Assembly (NCBI GenBank): GCA_016748015.1
Contig: JAAOMT010000591.1
Location: 791,050 to 855,049, forward strand
Length of the DNA stretch: 64,000 nucleotides
From: Geosiphon pyriformis uo1
Lineage: Eukaryota > Fungi > Glomeromycota
Reading direction: 5' to 3'
Positions within the stretch are counted from its first letter, which is position 1. Every line of letters starts with the position of its first letter. The position numbers and the translations under genes were made by a program. Below are positions 58,474-64,000 of the stretch, piece by piece. The notes beneath the pieces were generated by a model. The model did no database searches and was not told the origin of the DNA. It saw only the letters and a list, made by a program, of their open reading frames with translations.

Positions 58474-61400
58474 TTAAATTTGTCTTATTCATGACAAACT
58501 GTCTGCATTTCCATTGTCTTTTCCCTTTTTATAATATATGGTATAAGTATATAATGAGAGTGCCATTTTCCATCTGAATTGTCTGCCATCTCCAAATTTT
58601 TGTTTTTGGAGTAATGTTAGTCCTTTGTGATCTGTATACACCTCAAACTTCTGGCTCAAGTATTCTTTTCATTTCATAACTGCCCAATAAATTCCTAAAT
58701 GTTCTAGTTCTGGTGTTCTATAATTTCTTTCAGCTGGAGTTAAACCTCAGCTGGCATATGTGACTGGATGTTCTCTTCTATCTGGTCCTCTCTGTGATAG
58801 TACTGCTCCCAATGCTTGGCCTAATATATTAGTGGTAATAATGAATGGTTTATTGTGATTTGAATAGATCAGTATTGAAGCTTTTATAAACTTTCTTCTT
58901 AGAATATCAAAAGCTTCTTGTTGTGCTTCTGTCCATTTGTATTTTACATTCTTGGTTTGAAGATGATTAAGTGGTTGGGCTATCTTAGAAAAGTTTTTGA
59001 TGAAGCATTGATAATAGTCTGTGAATCACAAGAATGACTTTAACTCTGTCACATTGGTTGGTACTGAAAAGTTCTTGACTATCTCTATCTTTTCTGGATC
59101 CGTTTTAATGTCATCTTTGCTTACTATGTGCTCTAAAAAGTTTAATTCTGTCTTGTCAAAGAAGCACTTATTGGCGTTCAACTTTAGCTCTGCTTATCAT
59201 AGTCTTTCAAACACTTGTTGTAGATGATACAAATAATTATCAAATGTTTTGGAAAACATATTGGTGTCATCTAAATAAACGACTACTAATTTCTACAATA
59301 AGCCAGTATATACTATTTCCATTAGCCGCTGGAATGTGGCTGGAGCATTTGTTAAGCCGAATGGTATTACTTCGAATTTAAAATTTCTCTTCCATGTTGT
59401 GAATGTGGTTTTTTCTTTGTCTACTGGATTCATGGCTACTTGCCAGTAACCACTATTTAAATCCAATGTTGAGAATCATTTATTCCCTCCAAAAGCATTG
59501 AATAGCTCTTGGATTCATGAAGTTGGATAGCTGTCTCTACGAGTAACTCCATTGAGTTTTTTGTAGTCCACACAAAACCTAATCTTTCCATTCTTCTTCT
59601 GGATGAGTACCACTGATAATAACCATAGGCTCATAGATAGCTGAATTAGCCCATTGTCAAGCATTCGGTTGATCTCTTGACAGATAATCTCATGGCTAAT
59701 TGGTAGTACACTGTAGGCTTGTTGTTTGATTGGCATAGCATCTCCAGTCTTGATCTGATGTTGGATGATATCAGTTCTGCCAAATTTGTTTTTGCTAGTG
59801 AAGATGTCATTGAAGTTGTTGAGTAATATCTTGAGTTGCATACATTAAAGTGGATCTAAATTTCCCATGTTCATTTGTTCCAATTGTTCTGGTTAAAGTA
59901 AATAAGATTCATTTTATTCGTAGATTGTTTGTGACGTAATATTCACATATTTACATAGCTGTGAAAAGTCTGGAATAATGCTTGGTAATTAATTTTCTAA
60001 TTTAATGCTTATGTATTTAATGATGGTTCCCTCTGGTATTGTGATGGCATTTCTTGTGGTGTTGTAAATGGAAATTTTGATATGGTTGTGGTTTTTGGCT
60101 GGTATGTGGAGATTGATAAGTCTAATCTCTCTTGATTCACAAAGACTTGTTTCTGCTTCAAAAATCTGATCCTTATCTTTTACCTTTCTCTCTATAATTA
60201 CCATGTACTGGTTATATGATGGAATAGAAATTACTTGACTAGTTAAGATAATTTCTTCTTGGCCAATTATTTCTTCTTCTGCCATATTGACTGGTATATC
60301 TATTCTACTCATAAATCTGAATCTCTGGATTCCTCTAGCTGTTATCCCTAATCCTTCCCTTTTTCCCACTAATACTAACTGAGCTACTCTAATCAGAGGC
60401 AGGAATATTGCCTATGCTATCTTTTTATTTGGTTCTATTATATAGGTCTTTTCTGAGTCATTTTGTAGCATTGTCATTATATTTCTTATATATTTGGTGT
60501 CAATTATTCCTCCTCTTATATTAATCTCTCTTTTTGCTAAACTACTTCTGGAAGCTAGTTGAACCATGGTTGTTGTTGGTATTTCTAATCTTATTTTCAG
60601 ATCAATGCAGGTGCATGAATGTGGCTCTAATTTGATAGCATCTTTCCCTGAATACCTCAGATCAAATCTGGCATTAGTATCATGTGCACGTTCTGGCATG
60701 ATCTCTTTCTCATTATTGCTGAATCATTTCAAGGTCTGCTCCTTGGTGAGATTAGGGAGTGCGATATATATTTCTGAGTTTGAATCAAAGTTTCAATTGC
60801 TGTTGTTTTTGTTGCCATTTTGAACAGAACTGAAACTGGTGTTTTCGTCGTTGTCATTGTTGGAGTTTGAATTGGGATTGAAAACTGATTCCAATTCTGA
60901 TGCACAGCTGCTGATTGGTTTTTTTTCTTCTGGAATCATGTAGATCATGCATAGTGGTAGATTGTAAATAAGGTTACAATCATTATAGAATTGGAAGTCA
61001 CATGGAATTAAACAGTGGTCACATAATCGGGTATTGATTTCCTCCAAACGTTGTTCTTGCTCTTCTCTCATGGGTGCTAAATTCTGATAGTGTTCATAAA
61101 ATTCTTTTGGGCTGTTTTCTAAGTCGAGAAAAGCATCCGGGTTGAGAACCAAAACAATGTTTGTTGGTTCTAGAGGGTTGTTTTTGATTTCCAGAATTTT
61201 ACTGGGCGAAGTGCCTTCTATCTTGGCATTAGCCATTTGCCAGATCTTGTTCTCATTGTGTAAATAACCTTCTAAGTAAGTGATTGCTCAGTGCCAGACT
61301 GCTGTGATGGGTGTTCTATGACTCACCCAGTTGCTAATAAAGATTGTGTACTGGCATGAAGTGTCACATATTCTCTCTCGACCAGGAATGTCATTCCACA

Positions 61401-63731
61401 TCTCTTTGTTGAGCAGTTGTTCTTCACAAGTGAGACATAGTTCATTGTTCCACTTGTCTTGTCTCTTGGGGTACTCATAGTGTTTATGGTGGCATAGTTT
61501 GCAATAGTAATGAGTACACGTCCAATAGTCTTTGTCTGATGCAACCCAAGCTCCTATTGAGAACAACTTCTTGTTGCAATCTTTACACTTGAGAGGAATA
61601 TGCAATGGCTCTGGTCTGGTGTTGATTAAATAAGATCTTTCCCAGCCACTGGTGCTGGCTTTGGTGGTTTTGTTGGTTTCAAGTTAGTTTTTTTCATTTT
61701 CTTTCCCTTTTTTTTAATTGCTTTTCTTTCACTTCCAGATTGATGGGTCTTCTTAATTGTTGTTAATTTCTCAGGCTTGGTCAGTGTTCCAAGTAAGTTC
61801 TTTCTTTCCTTTTTCTTTTTCTTGGTTATTGTTATCCCAAATAAGTATTGGTGGCAGTTTGTTGTGATCAACATCAGTCCATAACATTTGGTATACTTCC
61901 CAGGTGGGTTTCAGCTTCTCTTTTTCCAAGTCAATTAGTGGGACTGGTGTGTGACTGGGTTTAAAATGACCACACATTGCTGGTACTCATGTATGTTAGC
62001 TGTTTTGGCTCAGTTGTAACTCCTGAGTGGTTCAATCGAGGATGGTTTTTGTTTGGGTGAGCCAGTTATTACCAACTAGCACTTAGTACTGAGTGGCTTC
62101 CATAACTAGTACTTTAATTGGGATAATTATGCCATTGACTTCTATAGGGAAGTCGTTAATTTTGCCAATAGAAGTTTTGGTTGTTCCATCAGCAATAATG
62201 ATTCTTGTGTTGGCAGCTCGATTAACTTGGTGACCTAATTAATCCATGAGTTGTCTTGTGATGATACTGTCAGTTGATTCACTATCTAGGATTAGTTTGA
62301 TGAGGTGGCCATCGACTTTCACATCAGTGTATATTGCTGTGATGGGTTTTTTTTCTAAGGCAGCTCTACTAAATAGTGGTACCATTGTGGTTTCCTTGAG
62401 TTTGAAAGGGAATATGGTGGCCAATGTTTTGTTATTGGTGACAGTAACTAGAGGTATATTGCTAGTAAGTACTAATGGTCAATTAGATTCTGAGTTGTGG
62501 GAGATGGCGTCTTCTAAAGTAACCAAAAAACTTAAATAGTGTTAAAAATTTGGATTTTGGGTGGAACCAGTACTTAAATTCTACTGATGAGAACCAGATT
62601 GTTGTGTTGATGAACTGGGGATTAGTTGGTAAACTATCATTGCTGATTTCCAGTTTTGTTATGTTATTCTCGGCCTTTAGGTTCCGTTTTAAGATAAGTT
62701 TTGTGGCAGTATTTGAATTTGGGGTGTTTGATAGATTAACTGGGGCTGCAGCTAATAAATTGTTGGTGGCTACAGTTGATAGATGGCCTGTGGTTGATAT
62801 ACTAAAGTTTGATATACTGGTGGTTGATAGATTGGCTGTTGCATTATGGGCTGGTAAATAGATTGATCTTGATTTTGATAGTTATTTGGGTTTGGAACTG
62901 GCAATCAGGGTTTCGATATTGATTTCCCGATTGTGGATTGCTATAAGTATGGTAATTAACTTGGATATGGCCTTGTTTACCACAGTTATAACAGACATGC
63001 ATCTTTTGCTGCCACAGCTAATTGGAGAATGTTGGAAGATGCGACTGATTTTGGAAATGATTGGCATTTTCTTGATTATTGCATCATTGTGGAGGTTAAT
63101 AGATTGGACAATTGTCAGCTAAGTATCCTTCTAATTTCTGATTAATTAAATCACTGAATTGTTTCAATTTGGAATCTAGTTCAGATGATCCATTTATTAC
63201 TAAGTTTATGGCTTGAGTATGATTGGCCTCTAACTCTGCTGACTCGAAATCCCTGGCATGTGTAACTGTGTCTTGAAGGGTGTTGGGATACAATGTGCAT
63301 ACATGTTGCAAGATGCTATTGTGCAGGCCATGGATAAACTGGTTGAGAATTTGTGGTACTGTAAAATAGTTAGCATTGATTGCTTGAATCTGTTGCAGAT
63401 TTCTATGGAAGCATCCCAGGTAAGTGATAACTGCTTCAGTTTTTCTTTGTTTGATAGTAGTGAAAGTGTTGGCCAAGCAATTAATACTATTATTATTACT
63501 GAAATATCTCAAGAACTCCAGTTTGAATTCCTGGAAGGTTTGTGGTTTGGCTGCTAAACTTTAATACCAGGAATCAACAGTATCCTGGAAAAAGTATGGG
63601 ATTGCTTGGAGAGCTCTTTGGTTATCCCAGTTATTCACCATGATTGCTTTGGCAATGTTATTGATCCATGCCTGGGCATTGTCTTCTTCACTGGTAAACT
63701 TCTCAAGTCTCATGATTAGTGCAAATGCCAT
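58474..63731 (-). pseudogene. Gypsy-B gag-PR-CysRich-dUTPase-RT-RNaseH, disrupted
   Basis: Gag LEKFTSEEDNAQAW; PR LILDSES; CKDCNKKL; dUTPase AHDTNARFDL, LASRSSLA, GGIID; RT RFCVDYKKLN, YLDD; RH ends NADSLS(R)IRQI*. Confidence 0.9.
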
Positions 63732-64000
63732 GGATTGTTGTTGTTGCTGTAGAGATAGTACTAAAGGCTGTTGAATTGGCTGTTGTGAATGTTGAATTGG
63801 TTGCTGGAGTGGCTGCTATTAAATCAGTTCAATAATCAGTTCAATTGGTGGCTGATGGATGATGATTTCTGGAAATAAGTTTTGCTAATTGATTGTTTCG
63901 GGGTTTCAATTATCCTGAGTTGGCAGTGTCTGAATATTCGGAGTTTCAATTTCTGGGTTTTCTGGATTTAGATTTGGCTGGGTTTGAGAATTTGGGGTTT

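Larger units (their letters stand above)
55474..64000 (-). mobile_element. Gypsy-B: second, divergent dUTPase-bearing Gypsy; 5' end lies beyond the window
   Basis: 3' LTR 55474-56327 (TGTTACT..AGTAACA), PPT, ORF3, IN, RH, RT, dUTPase, Cys-rich domain, PR and gag on the minus strand. Confidence 0.92.

Overview
Eukaryotic, AT-rich, intron-containing fungal DNA; the repeat and gene style suggests an early-diverging fungus (Glomeromycotina-like), which is inference only. The window has three zones. (1) 1-29.4 kb is a transposon graveyard: one full-length decayed LINE (ORF1 RRM+CCHC; ORF2 APE-RT-RNaseH-Zn; candidate TSD) and a second LINE interrupted by a full-length Ty3/Gypsy-type LTR element (1 kb LTRs, 4-bp TSD). 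(2) 29.5-50.5 kb is a compact CpG-retaining gene island: SWC4/DMAP1, PRE9, a mitochondrial 2-Cys peroxiredoxin, ETFRF1/LYRM5 (absent from the ORF track), SPE2, a PPR protein, COQ2, HAUS5/augmin and CHL1/DDX11. (3) 50.9-64 kb is a third LINE interrupted by a non-autonomous LTR element (two 1.33 kb LTRs around only 141 bp) and by a second, divergent Gypsy. The most notable system is the LTR element family. Two divergent copies share the layout gag-PR-Cys-rich domain-dUTPase-RT-RNaseH (stop), then a stand-alone ATG-initiated integrase, then a conserved extra ORF3. They also share a GGAGCT box before the PPT and TGTTAC..GTAACA ends with the non-autonomous element. The two complete elements have 4-bp TSDs, Gypsy-A has covarying RNA hairpins in its LTR, and all three LTR elements sit inside LINEs.
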